A stretch of 64,000 nucleotides of DNA from Squalus acanthias (GCA_030390025.1 CM059440.1:65720001-65784000); one strand, 5' to 3'; shown: positions 35,661 to 49,602, counted from the first letter of the stretch. The notes: generated by a model not told the origin, from the sequence alone. Made by a program: numbers and translations.

Positions 35661-37255
35661 ACTGTCACTTTCCAAAGCTGCTAACTGCATACAGTTGGTT
35701 TGAGCTGGAACAGAACGCTGCATTTTCATCAAATCCAATTGTAAACCAAAGACAGGCACATCATTCTCGCTTCATCCTCTTACTCACTATACTCCTCCCT
35801 GCCCGCTAGTAGTGCTGTTCCAAAGTTTTAAGCCCTGCAATCTCCAGCAGCACTGGCAAGGAACGCATATTATCCACCTCAGTTGAGAGGGAGGAGTGAA
35901 GCAGTAACTGCAGCTGCTCTGTCAATCCATAATGAGCTGAAGAAGGGATGGGTGTCTCCACTGAAGACATTCACACACTCAGCACAAGCACGAGGGGCAG
36001 TGAAAAGCAGGATCTGATTGGAGTCTTGTTGTGGAGAGGTACAACTCTGAGACTGACCTTTCGCCCAGATCAGAGAGCCCACAGCAGGGCTTGAAATAAA
36101 TCCAGTCCAACAAAATTAATTCAACATCAAAATAATTATCTTCAGGAGTTCGCTGCTGAAAACTAGCATCACAGTATTAAATTTAAATATTATAGTCAGA
36201 CCCTACCCATTTGAGTCTGACCATTGAAAGCTGTAATGAGAACACGTGTTAATCATCATTGTCTCAGGTTCTGCTGTACACAAGGGGTTATAACGACTCA
36301 TGTCATGGATGGTGCAGTTCAGGTACTCAAGTGACTCTTGTTACTGGTGTACAATACTGTGTTAATCATTATATGCTCTCTCAGGTACTACAGTAGTCCT
36401 GATGACTCATGCTGCTATTCATTAACTGCGAGCAAGGAAGGTCAATAGAAGGGCAGCCTTATTTACACCCAGCCCTGTTTCACCTTTTCACCCTGCTCAG
36501 TCAGGGGATTCCCCTCCTGCTCAGTGACATCTCACTGCCTTAAGAATGTGGCTGGGCTCCCCTTACTCTGCAGCAAGGGGATTAGGTTACATTGCAGTCG
36601 GGCGACTGGGCTCGGTTTCATTCACATTAATAACACTCTCCCCATTCATCAACTTCCTGAATCTGGGAATCTCCAGGGAATCTGGGATGGCAACATGCAA
36701 AGCAGTCAGCTGGAATGTCATTTGAGCCAATGGGCAGGGCCGACATTCCTGGAATTCCTTCCTTTCCCCATGCGATCCTCTGTGCAGTGCTCACACAGAA
36801 TGCCCATGTAAGGACTGACTCTGCCGGCCATGGACAGATCATCGACTCACCCAATCGCCCGACTAGGATGGCTAGTGAAAATTAAAAATCTGCAGTTAGC
36901 CTTCAAGCAAATACCAGCCTCACTAATAAACGATTGTCCCAGACCCTGATGACATTTATTTAAAGTGGCAGAGAGAGGTGGCCCTGAACAGAACAATTCA
37001 GCTGCCGGGGAGACTGGAAGACCTGTAAATGAAGGCAGCTTGACTGCAGAGCGATTCCTCAGTCCCAGGGTTTCCTATTCTGAGAGCCTGTTTATACGGC
37101 TCAAAAACACTCAGCGTCCCTCCATCCTGTTGGTGACAACAGAGGAAGAAAACCAGTGGCAGCAGGTTCAGTTGCTGCCTCCCACGTCTATCCTGACCAG
37201 TTTCTGCAGGGCCATCCTGGCATTTATCACCACCTTGTCACCAATCAAAAGAAAC

Positions 37256-38039
37256 TGCGCACGGCACGCAGGCACAAACGCAGGAACCCGTGCACCGCAC
37301 GCAGGCATAAACGCAGGAACCAGTGCACGGCACGCATGCACAAACGCAGGAACCCGTGCACCGCACGCAGGCACAAACGCAGGAACCAGTGCACCGCACG
37401 CAGGCATAAACACAGGAACCAGTGCACTGCACGCAGGCACAAACGCAGGAACCCGGGCACCGCACGCAGGCACAAACGCAGGAACCCGTGCACCGCACGC
37501 AGGCACAAACGCAGGAACCCGTGCACCGCACGCAGGCACAAACGCAGGAACCCGTGCACCGCACGCAGGCATAAACGCAGGAACCCGTGCACCGCACGCA
37601 GGCACAAACGCAGGAACCAGTGCACCGCACGCAGGCATAAACGCAGGAACCTGTGCACCGCACGCAGGCACAAACGCAGGAACCCGTGCACGGCACGCAG
37701 GCACAAACGCAGGAACCCGTGCACCGCACGCAGGTACAAACGCAGGAACTAGTGCACGGCACGCAGGCACAAACGCAGGAACCCGTGCACGGCACGCAGG
37801 CACAAACACAGGAACCAGTGCACCGCACGCAGGCACAAACGCAGGAACCCGTGCACGGCACGCAGGCACAAACGCAGGAACCAGTGCAGGCACGGGCGCA
37901 GGGACTTGTGCAGGCACGGGCGCAGGGACCTGCGCACGGCACACAGGCACAAACGCAGGGACCTGAGCAGGCACGGGCGCAGGGACTTGTGTAGGCACAG
38001 ACGCAGGAACCTGCGCATGGCATGCAGGCACAAACGCAG
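37256..38039. repeat. 33-bp CpG-rich minisatellite (~19 copies) grading into a 24-bp variant
   Basis: Unit gcacgcaggcacaaacgcaggaacccgtgcacc; gives HAGTNAGTRAP-type ORFs in all frames. Confidence 0.97.
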
Positions 38040-40063
38040 TTCTTTTTAAAAAGTTTCTGTCTTTGCTCACTTGAACAAAGGCCAGGACTAAGAGCAGTAA
38101 TAGGCTGTTTAGTGAGTCTTACCCTTCAGGGTTTCTCAAAAATATACATGCGTATGCAGTTTTAAAAATGAACACAAAGTAATGTCCTCCTAATCAGAGC
38201 TCAAGCTTTGCTTTCAGAGGCTGGGCAGTTGACAGATTTCTTTACTTTGCCTCGGTTAACAGCCTCTCCGGAGCTTGTTGCTTTCAAAGGAGCGTAGGAG
38301 GTGGTGATGGGTTCAGGCAGTGACAATAACATCACATTTCTGCTGCTATCCTCAAAGATGCACAAAAGATGGTCAAGAGTTTGTTTAAATTGCATTTACA
38401 GATCGTACTTGAGGAAGAGCCCAATTTGAGGCTTTATCCCGGAACATTCTTCAACAAGCAACAATCTTAAGAAATGGCTGAGATAAATTATTTCACACAA
38501 ACTGCTATTGTTCTTCTCAAACTGTCTCTAGGTCTTCCTGTATAATGCAAAATACCCAGCCTAAACCTGCTGGAACAGGCTCGAGGGGCTAAATAGCCTA
38601 CTCCTGTTACTATGTAAAGGGCAGCCAGGCAATCAGTTCCCAGGCTTCTGACACTTGTACCTAGTACATACAAACAGCTGAAGGAGACTGCCTCAGAGGG
38701 AAAGCACCTGATCATGTCCAGCTAATCTCTGGTGCTGCATAACCTCACGGCAAGGTAGCGTGGACATGAACCTGATTTATCCAGTATAGCATAGCATTTT
38801 GGGATCATGAATTATCTGCACCAATTCAAATAGATCATTTGTATTAAGTGAAGTTACCAGGTACAAGGTGTGATAACAGTCTGCATCGTTATTCCTCCCA
38901 TCAACGTATAACCAGTGAACAAGTAACAACGGTCCTCATGACCCAGGTAACTAGAGTTCATTTAAATATCATGTGATATATTTTAAGCAGGAGAGATTGA
39001 CGGGGAAACACCTTCGGACACCACCAGGTATGACGTGACCTACTAGCACTGCAATGGAAGGCACCTTAAGAGGAAGCACTTAGAATGGTCATGGATCCGG
39101 AATTGGGGCAGTTTACAATAAGAGATCAGGAAAACAAAAGTTGAAACATTAGAGCAAAAGTCAATATAACAAAAGTGGTCCAGAAGGGGAGAACAAATCT
39201 GTGCTCCAAACCATGGCCATCCCTCCAGGTGTCTGTCACCATACTCCTAATGAGCTGCAAATTCACACTAGCTGTGTGCGCCCTTCTGCTAAATTCAGCT
39301 CATTTACAACCGATACACATGGAAATCCAGCAAGAGTCTGGAAACCAAGTGATGGAGAAATCTTCACAATGCCAGTAAATTTTATTAATCCGTGTTACCT
39401 TCACATTGGCAGTACAGTGTCCCCCACCTAATGACACCATCACAAGCTTATTTCAATAAAAAGCACATGATACAAACAGAATAAGGATGGACTTGTGCAA
39501 CAATGTGAGGTCAGTCACTCGTGAATTATACATGAAATCACATAAACCATTATTTATACCTTTTAGTCTCACACTTCTGGCTATGGCAATGTGTACATCA
39601 GGGGTTCTCAACCAGGGGGCTGCCAGTTGGTTTGTCCCATCAATATATAGAGACTACTGATTATGCCATAAACAATCAGTAGTCTCCCCTGTTTATTAAG
39701 ATGAGTGGAATAGTCTCAACTATAAATTCAGGTTCTTACTGTTGGACACCATTTGAACGCGTACACAGGTCCCTTTGTGTGTCACTGACTTTTACAGCAG
39801 TATTTATCTCGGTACAGTACTTCTTTTTTGATCCAGCCCTATTTGCTTCCACATTCCACTTGCCGCTTTTAACTATTAAATAATGGTGGGAAAATCCACG
39901 AGTTAGTCTGGCATTGCGTGGGCCATGGTAGCACAAGCCTTCCTTGCAACCCTTTTCTTTCCCCTTGTGCGGAGCCACCTGTGTCGGTTGGAAGCCGCTC
40001 GCGCATTTGAAAAGGGTGCAGTCAATGGAAAAAATGCACGCGCCACTTCACCTTTTGTGTGTT

Positions 40064-40079
40064 GGGGGGGGGGGGGGGG

Positions 40080-40120
<41 letters not shown>
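40064..40120. repeat. Poly-G plus (GA)n microsatellite
   Basis: Direct reading. Confidence 0.95.
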
Positions 40121-40123
<3 letters not shown>

Positions 40124-40469
40124 ACAGGGAGGAACAAAAGAACTTCTAGTCTCTGGGCCTGCGGCAAGGCCATAATAATCGGGATCCGGTGAGACTCTCC
40201 TTCAATGTCTTCAGTCCGAGTTAATAAAATGGAAAAATAGCTGAAGGCGTTATCACGATTTTCCTCGCACCTCAGACTCTGAGCTTTATATTCATGGCCA
40301 TGTGATTCTCTGACGGACGGATAGGCCTAGCCTAGGTGCTCCAGTCCTTTGAGATACCACCGGCTATTTGTGAAAGGGGTGGGGAGGAGGAAAGGGGGAG
40401 CTGCCGTTATCACTAAACGATTTATGACGATGAGGTCGGGTGGGTAAAGTCGCTCAGGGTCCTGTTTAC

Positions 40470-41165
40470 AAAGGATTACATAGGATATACGGCACAGAAA
40501 CAGGCCATTCGGCCCAACCAGTCCACACCGGCCTTTATGCTCCACTCGAACCTCCTCCCGTCTTTCCTCATCTAAATCTATCAGCATAACCCTCTATTCC
40601 CTTCTCCCTCATATGCTTGTCCAGCCTCCCCTTAAATGCATCTATACTATTCGCTTCAACCACTCCCTGTGGTAGCGAGTTCCACAATCTCACCACTCTT
40701 TGGGTGAAGAAGTTTCTTCTGAATTCCCTTTTGGATTTGTTGGTGACTATCTTATATTGATGGCCTCTAGTTATGTTCTTCCCCACAAGTGGAAACATAT
40801 TCTCTCTATCCACTCGATCAAAACCTTTCATAATTTTAAAGACCTCTATTAGGTCACCACTCAGCCTTCTTTTTTGGAGAAAAGAGACCCAGCCTGTTCA
40901 TCCTTTCCTGATATGTATACCCTCGCATTTCTGGTATCATCCTTGTAAATCTTTTCTGCACCCTCTCCAGTGCCTCTATATCCTTTGTATAATATGGTGA
41001 CCAGAACTGTACGCAGTACTCCAAGTGTGGTCTAACCAAGGTTCGATGCAGGTTTAGCATAACTTCCCTACTTTTCAATTCTATCCCTCTAGAAATAAAC
41101 CCTAGTGTTTGGTTTGCTTTTTTTTTTTATGGCCTTGCTAACCTCTGGCGCAACTTTTAGTGATG
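40470..41165 (-). mobile_element. CR1 LINE 3' fragment nested in the hAT element
   Basis: LVRPHLEYCVQFWSPYY, QRVVRLWNSLP. Confidence 0.92.
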
Positions 41166-41441
41166 TTTATTTCTCCATTTCTCTCGTGTACCATCCACCG
41201 CTGCCATTACTGGTGCTGTTAATTCAAGTCAAGGCTTTCACCGCCATGTTGGGGTTTGGTATCAAAATAAGAAGGAAGTTCTGTATTCGAAATGGAGGAC
41301 GTGGACCTGGAATTTTAGCCCGGCCAAGTGTGCATAAAACGAGCCTGTAGTGAGCACTGCGCTTGTTGCTCCGGGTTCATTTTCTGTTAAGTAAAATGGT
41401 TGATGGGGTGGAGCAGATGGGCACATAATGTAAATTTAGGA

Positions 41442-41559
41442 TAAAATGTCAGACCTGAAATGTTAACCGTTTCTCTTTCCACAGAAGCTGCCTGACCTGC
41501 TGAGTATTTCCAGCATTTTCTGTTTTTATTTCAGATTTCCAGCATCCGCAATATTTTGT
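41442..41559 (+). mobile_element. Penelope-like mini-element with truncated hammerhead
   Basis: gacctgaaatgttaac...ctgacctgctgagtatttccagc; ~16-bp TSD taatgtaaatttagga / taatgctaatttagga. Confidence 0.75.
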
Positions 41560-41579
41560 TAATGCTAATTTAGGACTTA

Positions 41580-42080
<501 letters not shown>

Positions 42081-42634
42081 TTACACCACGGATCAGCCTC
42101 GCAGCTCCCAGTAAGCAGTATTTGCTGAGCAATCAATTGGAATCTGGGAATGGGTCACAATTCCAGGTCGGAAGCCTGGCGACGTGGAAGCTTGAACCAC
42201 ACAACTCCACTTAGTCAGAGTTGTGCGGAGGTTCCATGACGCATCTCGTCAGCCGCAGGTGAAGTGACGTCGAAATCCCAAACCAAAATCATCAACGTGC
42301 TGGAATTCCACACCCATCAGGACCTGCAACCTTGAATTAACAAATCCAGAGGCAAATCTGACCAGACTGTACCAGCATTTCAAGACACACTTTAGAACAA
42401 GGACTCACAATTACACTCCACATTCCACACACTTAAACCTATAGCACTTAACTGGTATCAGAGTCACAGAAACGACAAAAATTTTTTTTAAACCAAAACC
42501 ATTAAAGGGCTGCATTTGGTCAACAATCAATTCAGATGCTGAAAATCATTCACCCGTCAAGATATTTAACCAACGGTAACAAAAGCACTGCGATCCATGG
42601 AATACGCCCTAACAGGGTCATCACAGTTTAACTG

Positions 42635-42872
42635 ACTCCAGTGCAGTACTGAGGGAGCGCTGCACTGTCGGAGGTGCGGTCTTTCGGATGAGACGTTAAA
42701 CCAAGGCCCTGCCTGCTCTCAGGTGAATGTAAAGATCCCACGGCACAGCGAACAGGAGCAGGGGGGTACTTACATTATAACAGTGACTACACTTCAAAAG
42801 TAATTAATTGGCTAAAAAGCACTTTGGGACGTCCTGAGGTCGTGAAAGGCGCTATATAAATTCAAGTTCTTT
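42635..42872 (+). mobile_element. DeuSINE fragment
   Basis: Homologous to body and tail of 11025-11465. Confidence 0.8.
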
Positions 42873-44085
42873 ATATAACTAAATATCATAGTCCAGGTAT
42901 GTCCTGGGAAGGATCATTGTTGAGTGGCAGATCAATCTTGAGACTTGCCCAGTGGAAGCACTGCTCAACACCACTTGTTCCCACAGTCCTGGTGCACCAC
43001 AATCCCAGCGGTTTTACAGAAACACCCCTGCTGTATTGGTACAATCCCTTCGCGCACCAAAGCTGCTCCTCATTGACATCACTTGATTTAAAGAATGCTG
43101 CAATTTCTTGTATAAAATGTTGTATTTACGTGTTCCCCCCCACCTCACCCAAGTAAGCTATCCTTTTTACAAATCTGCCTGGACTTGTGCCCAGAATGAG
43201 GGTAGCTTTTTGCCAGGCCACCCCCCAAGTCCTCATTTGACTGGCTGCTAGAATACATTAGGTAGCACCAAGGCTGCACTGAGTACTTGGTCTTTCACCA
43301 CACCCCTCTCACTCCTTCCCAATTATGGGGAGGCACCACAGCCCGTTTAGCACCTGCTAGTCAGTACCAATAGATCAACCAGCACACTGTACTCGTCCAC
43401 TCTGCAGCACTGAATGCTCGAGTACTGGCTCCAATTTCTTACTTGAACTGCAAGGAACAGTATCTGAAATATAACCGCTTCACAGAGCTAGGAATCGAAC
43501 CCTGTATTTCTGCTGAGGTGAGAAACACTGCATAGGCCAGCTTATGGACCCGTCTGCCTCTGCACACAGCAGTGTGTTACCTGCATAAGAATATTCACCC
43601 AACAAAAAGTTCAACTGAACCATATTTCATGAGGTGGTGGGAGGAGATGGGCTTGGGATTTTAAAAAAATTCATCTGAGGACACAGTATGGAATTAGCTT
43701 CCACCCTGTTTTTAATCTATAACAACAAGGCTGGAATTACTGATGTGATAGCAATGAGACATACCAGACCTTTGGAATTATTTAATTCCTCAGGAAGGGT
43801 GTTCTCACTGTGCATAAGTGAGTTTCAAGGTGATAGCTTGTTGGAATAATACTATCAGTAAATACTCTCGAGCATCCTGAACTATCAGTAAGTGCTGCTG
43901 TGCAAAAAGAGTTTGCAGAGAAACTAATGATGGGATGGAAACAAGTTGGAGGAGAGCATTAAAAATAAAACAGCCAAGACAGGGCATTTACAGGGGCTTC
44001 AATGCAGAACAATAGTTTAAAAGAAGTCCATGAAGTTGAGCAACCTGAATCCCAGCTGAAGACAAAAGCCATGCTTCACACCCAC

Positions 44086-44295
44086 CTGCGTTAGTCCCCC
44101 AATATCCTTGACGGACATGTAGAGTCGATAAAGGTCCAGTGGTTTCCTGCCGACCGCAGGGAGATTAGTCATCATCATGCCCTTCTCTTCCATAAAGGCA
44201 AAGTACCGATCGATCCATATCTTGCGCTCCGGCTCCACGCCCAGCTCATACAGTTTAGTGATCTTTTCATTAGTGGTCGTGGAAGAGCTGGTCTT
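44086..44295 (-). CDS. ARID1A: ARID1A exon 11 (ARID domain N-terminal half)
   Basis: tgcag|[31 protein letters not shown]...[26 protein letters not shown]|gtgggt; 210 nt. Confidence 0.97.
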
Positions 44296-45369
44296 CTGCA
44301 GAGAGACAGGTTCATCAGTTACTGATGATTAGATACTCAACAAAGCTCCAACTAGAGCCAGGAAACAGTTAGCTTGAGGTTTGCACGGACAGCCCGTACA
44401 GGCTAACCACTTTATCTAAACACGTGAAAATAACAAGCCGAGCGAGACCTGTTGCCCACACAGCCAGTGTTCTGCTACAGTATTCAGGTTCCTCGATGCG
44501 TTGAAACAGTCATCGCAAAAAGTAAAACCACCCTATACATTCAGAACAGATGCAAGACCTGAGACAATCACCAACAGACACATACAGAAGCAAGTGCACG
44601 ACTGGCAAGGCAGACTCAACATAAGCTACTTCAGCACCTCGTGGATTTCCCTGCTCAATGCATCAGGGCTTACATCCAATTGCAAACCCAGGCTGAGAAA
44701 CTGAGTGCTGGAAAAAAAAACACGTACTGCAATCTAATCACAGCGGAAAGTTCCACTGAATTTTCACATACACAGATATTTGAGTGAAGCCCTTTGTAAG
44801 CACAGCCCTGAGGTTCTAAACTTTTTGAAGCTGTACATGCAAGATGATATACTAGCCCTAAACCATCTAAAAAGGGCTCAGCAAAACCAACTGATGTTCT
44901 GGAGTTTAACAGTTCAATGCACAGAATCTTGTTTGATGGATGAAGAGTCTATGGGGTGTATAGAGGAACCCTCAAACTCAGAGGCAGGTTCCAATTGTAC
45001 TGGAGTAACCTCGTTCTCTTTGGACATCTGATAAATCTGTACATTCTATAGGTGATTAACTGAAGACGGGATCAAATACGTAAATCCACAGGTCACATTT
45101 CTTACGAATCCACTCATTTATCCTTTGGGGCGAATCCTTCAGTCCTCAAACAGTAGAGGATTTGCCTGTACAGTGACACTATTTTAGTGACAGTTCTTGA
45201 AGTTACTGCCTAATTAGAATATTGTGCACACTTACCATAACACTCAGTACAAAGCACACAGCCATACATCTGTCCAATGTGGCCGAGGGACAGCTCACCA
45301 GCAGTAAACTCCCCTCCAGGAATTTGGCAATTATCTGAAGGGCAGGGAACTAGGTGGCATGGTGTTATA

Positions 45370-45620
45370 AAAGGACCTTCTTCGAAACCTATCCACAAGT
45401 GGTAGGTGAAGATCTCTGCAAGCATCTTTTGTGAAATTAACTATGACAGTTTCAACCCAGTTCCTAAAGGACATGGCCCCAAAATTCAACACACTCAGGC
45501 AAATACATTCGGAGAGGCCACAAAAGATGATTGGTGTTAAATGGCACATGGATGCACAGCTTTTCAAACTGGGGTCTCTAGACCCAAGGGAATCTGCAAG
45601 GCAATCTTCAAAAGTCCATG
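45370..45620 (+). mobile_element. Ancient LF-SINE-like fragment; similar near 21880-22130(-) and 59300-59550
   Basis: gtgaaatt...caacccagttccta...ttggtgttaaatggcac pattern; family name from memory. Confidence 0.4.
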
Positions 45621-46261
45621 AGGTCATTATGATCTCAGTCAATGCCATCAGATTTCTGAGAGTTTTTTTTTAAACTTACTAGCACATCCCTGCTGCTGTA
45701 TACTGATACCAGTGCACTCCACTTTCCATTGAGTAGATGACATTGTCTTTGGGAAGTTAGGTTGGGGGTCCCCTTGTGCTTGTCAACATTAGCTGGAGGA
45801 CCCCCACTCAAAATAGTTGGACAAACACTGCACTAATACAATGTCTGAGGTTCAATTTAAGGTTAATTGTTGGGACACAGCAAAGGGAGTTTTACTCGCA
45901 TCTACCATGTGCTGTAGTTGACCTGGTGCCAACTGATGCTGACAATGGATGCCAGAAGTATAACATGCTCAATCCTCAACAATGGCAATCCTTCATTCCA
46001 CAAGCTCAAATTATCAGGAATAAATTAAACATAAGGTGTTCATATTGTGGCTCAGGCGAGTGGATCAAAGCCAGAGTCAGGCAGCAGCTGTTCTTTATGT
46101 GAAGCACAGCACCATTAAGTTTTCTCATCTGGTTCCCAAGTAACAGCACAGTGACCCACTAACTGTGTCCACCCCACAGCTTCATGATGAAAATAGAGTG
46201 CAGCGTCAGCCCTGGTTGGCGCCGAGCACCATCCCTGGCACCACCCCACTTGTGTTCTCAC

Positions 46262-46371
46262 CTTCGACTTGGGCTCAGCCTTCGTCATTCCGTCCGCCTT
46301 GTTGTTTGCTTTCTGTGTCGGTGGTAACTTTCCTTCCCCAAGCGCCATCATCTCAGGACTAGGAGTCATAC
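46262..46371 (-). CDS. ARID1A: ARID1A exon 10
   Basis: tgtag|(G)MTPSPEMMALGEGKLPPTQKANNKADGMTKAEPKSK|gtgaga; 110 nt. Confidence 0.92.
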
Positions 46372-46654
46372 CTACAGGAAGGCAAGGGAGTGGTGTTAAA
46401 TACTAGGCCAGTACAGGGTTAATCACTCACCAGAGGCCTAATCTACAAAGATTAGCTATACAGTTTTTTCTTTCGTGCTGAATAAGTTTAGAAGTTTTCC
46501 TCTAGGTTTCCTGCACATACTTTGTAGTCCTTGGTGAATGGACGCAAAGCACGAACCACACCACCAATTTATTACACTGTGCAACATGATGATTAGGTAC
46601 ATTGCAATTACTAAACAGGAGCATTTGTGGTAACCATAGGTTTACCATGGGTTT

Positions 46655-47092
46655 AAATGTTAGCTTGGCTCTGTTGGTAGAACACTCACTCGAGTCAGTA
46701 GGTGGTGTGTTAAAGCCCCATTCCACGCCCTCAGCAAGTAATCTAGGCTGACACTTGAGTGAGGGAGTGCTGCATTGCTGGAGATGCCATTTTTTGATTG
46801 AGATGTTAAACCAAGGCCTCAAATGCCGTTTCTGGTGGATGTAAAATGTCCCATCAAAGAATAGGGAGCTCTCCTCGTGTCTTGGCCAATATTTATCCAC
46901 AAACATCATCAAAATCAGATAAACAGACTGTTCAGCTGATTTGCTGTATGTGGGACCTTGCTGGTTACAAATTGGTTGCTACGTTTGTCTACATAACAAC
47001 AGTGTCGTCACTTCAAAAGTAATTCATTGGCTGTTGAGTGCTTTGGGTTGTCCTAAGGATGTGATTATGGTGCCACAGACGTGCAAGTTCTT
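46655..47092 (+). mobile_element. DeuSINE, near full length, diverged
   Basis: A/B-box remnants, Deu core, tail. Confidence 0.8.
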
Positions 47093-47639
47093 TCGCACCA
47101 TAGTCTTTCCAACAAAATACAGAATCAATATTTCTAACAGACTGAGGCTAGTTTTATTTAGCTTACAGAAAATTCCTTTGTTTAAAGCAAAACTTATATG
47201 GTTCACTGCTACATCAAGCACAGCATACTTCAAAACCTCAGCAACTTGGGGTGCAAGAAGCTCAACCATCCCAGAGCCATTCCGAGCAGTTTACTCAACT
47301 CAAGCTGGCACAGATGAGTACGTGGTACAGGACATGGAGCGGTGGAATTCCAGTGCCCTTACTATGGGCTTGTAACTGTGATCTGACCAACATCCCTCGT
47401 GTCGCACTGGTGTCACGCCTTGCCGCGATCCCTTAAGAGTGCGTTTACATGTCTCTATGCTACTGATTAACATGCAGTCAATCAGTAGCTCCAACACATA
47501 CCCCGAATGTCCAACCCAAATAGCAGCTATCCCCTTAAAAAAATCAGCTTGAATCATTTTAAGACACAATAAGAAAATCAGGAACGAGGAAAGTTGACAA
47601 CTGGTCCCAAATGAATTCTCTTTTCTGAGTCTGTACACT

Positions 47640-47990
47640 AAAGCTGTAAATAAGGCTAGTCCTGCCCTTATGTGCACCTATCCTGTAATCTCTAACCTAG
47701 CACAAAGTATGTGCTTGTGTCCTACAGCCCTATGCTCACTGTCTAAGTTAACGATTCTGCTTACTTTAACCATAACCGTCATTATTTTGAGGACCTGGAC
47801 CAAGTCTTCCTTTGGGCTTTTCTCCAGCAAAAATGAGTGTAATCGTTTGAGCATTTCTTTACAACTTAGACCCCGAGGCCTGGACTCATTCTGCTCAGTC
47901 CTCTCTCTCCTTTGAGGTAGGGCAACCACAATTCTGGCAGTCTACAGTACTGGCCTCACCACTGATCTGTACGATGTCAGTGTAATTTGT
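47640..47990 (-). mobile_element. Old CR1 3' fragment
   Basis: RGLSCKEMLKRLHSFLLEK...DLVQVLKIM. Confidence 0.6.
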
Positions 47991-48049
47991 TCTGACATTT
48001 GCCTTACCTACAGCTAATGAATATATTTCCTTTAATGTACTCTTCAACT

Positions 48050-48482
48050 AAGAAAGACTTGCATTTATATAGCACCTTTTACAACCTCAGGACGTCCAAT
48101 GAAGTACTTTTGAACTGTAGTCACAGTTGTAATGTAGAAAACACGGCAGCCACTTTCTCACAAACATCAATGTGATAAATGACCAGATAATTTGTTTTAA
48201 TGATGTTGGTTGAGGGATAAATATTGGCCAGGACACAAAGGAGAACGTCCCTGCTCATCTTCGAAATAGTACCATGGGATCTTTTTTGTCAACCCGAGAG
48301 AGCAGGCGGGGCCTCGGTTTAACGTCTCATCTGAAAGACGGCACCTCCAACGGTGCAGCGCTCTCTCAGTACTGCACTGAAGTGTCAGCCTAGATTACGT
48401 GCTCAAGTCTCTGGAGTGGAACTTGAACTCTCAACCTTCTGACTCAGAAGCGAGAGTGCGATCCACTGAGCCACGGCTGACA
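48050..48482 (-). mobile_element. Full-length DeuSINE (SacSINE1-like)
   Basis: Reverse complement begins tgtcagccgtggctcagtgg and ends gctatataaatgcaagtctttct. Confidence 0.88.
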
Positions 48483-48655
48483 AATGACTAGTCACTTCTG
48501 CTGGCTTTTAGTAAGTTTGCAATTAGTATTTTGTGGTAACATTTATCTGGCACAACCAGAAATAGTTAAACCAGAAATCATTGAGCATTACAATATTGTC
48601 ACTGTCTTACTGCAATGTGCTCATCCACAGTGGGGTCTGGTACCTGTGCCCTTAC

Positions 48656-48801
48656 CTGCAGAGCTATTTGCCATGTTTCCAGCCATGGAATATGGAGAAC
48701 CCTGTGGATTCATCATCCCAGCCATACTGTTCATGCCTTGACTATAAGGGGAGCCAGTACCCATCATACCTCCCTGATTCAGGGTCGGATAACCGGGTTG
48801 C
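48656..48801 (-). CDS. ARID1A: ARID1A exon 9
   Basis: tgcag|(R)[34 protein letters not shown]...NSSA|gtaagg; 146 nt. Confidence 0.93.
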
Positions 48802-49019
48802 CTGCATTAGAAAAAGGGGAAAACATTTGAGAAACGAAAGAGTTAAGCATCACCTCCAGCTGGTGCACAAATCTTACGCACATTGCAAAAGATTGAAAGT
48901 GCAGTGGTCATAAACCCACTATGCACAAATGGGCACGGATTTAGACTTCCTGGTACCACTTCTAATAAAGATATTCGCGTCCTTGTGGGCTAGCCAACTT
49001 TTAGGAAGGTGTGATGATA

Positions 49020-49410
49020 CAACAAGTATTTATATAGCGCCTTTAACGTAGTAAAACGTCCCACGGTGCTTCACAAGAGCGTTATAAAACAAAATCTGAC
49101 ACCGAGCCACACAAGGAGATATTAGGGCAGATGGCCAAATGCTAGAGGTAGGTTTTAAGGAGTGTCTTTAAAGGAGGAAAGAGAGGTAGAGATGCAGAGA
49201 GGTTTAGGGAGGGAATTCCAGAGTTCAGGCCTTGGCAGCTGAAGGCACGGCCACCAATGGTGGAGCGACTGAAATCAAAGATGCTCAAGAGGCCAGAATT
49301 AGAGGAGCGCAGATATCTTGGAGGGTTGTGTGGCTGGAGGAGATTACAGAGATAGGGAGAGGCGAGGCCATGGAGGGATTTGAAAACAAGGATGAGAATT
49401 TTTAAATCAG
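49020..49410 (-). mobile_element. L2 LINE 3' end
   Basis: Near-copy of 1030-1395. Confidence 0.88.
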
Positions 49411-49602
49411 CTTCTCAGGTCACTGGCCTCCGTGTGTCATTCGAGGACTCTAGCTAATCACATGGTGCACAAAGAGCAAAGGTCAACAGAGCAAGTACAC
49501 CTCACCTCCTGATACCAAAGCTGCAATAATTTAAATATCTTCAGAACGGATTGTGCAATTGGTTAACCACCCCTCACCCAAACACAGAAGTTTAGTATCA
49601 GA

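Noticed and set aside
35286-35809. Pro/Gly-rich ORFs
   Set aside because: Translation of a low-complexity poly-G/GA tract.
36965-38070. Long ORFs of 164-333 aa on both strands
   Set aside because: By-products of a stop-free 33-bp minisatellite inside an intron.
44915-45027. Protein-like short frame MSKENEVTPVQLEP... after an AG in intron 10
   Set aside because: Poor pyrimidine tract, no donor or clear poly(A) signal, and a length expected by chance.
46431-46442. 12-nt exon-like tgtag|attaggcctctg|gtgagt near exon 10
   Set aside because: Would leave a 59-nt intron, probably too short, and adds an immediate stop; no other support.
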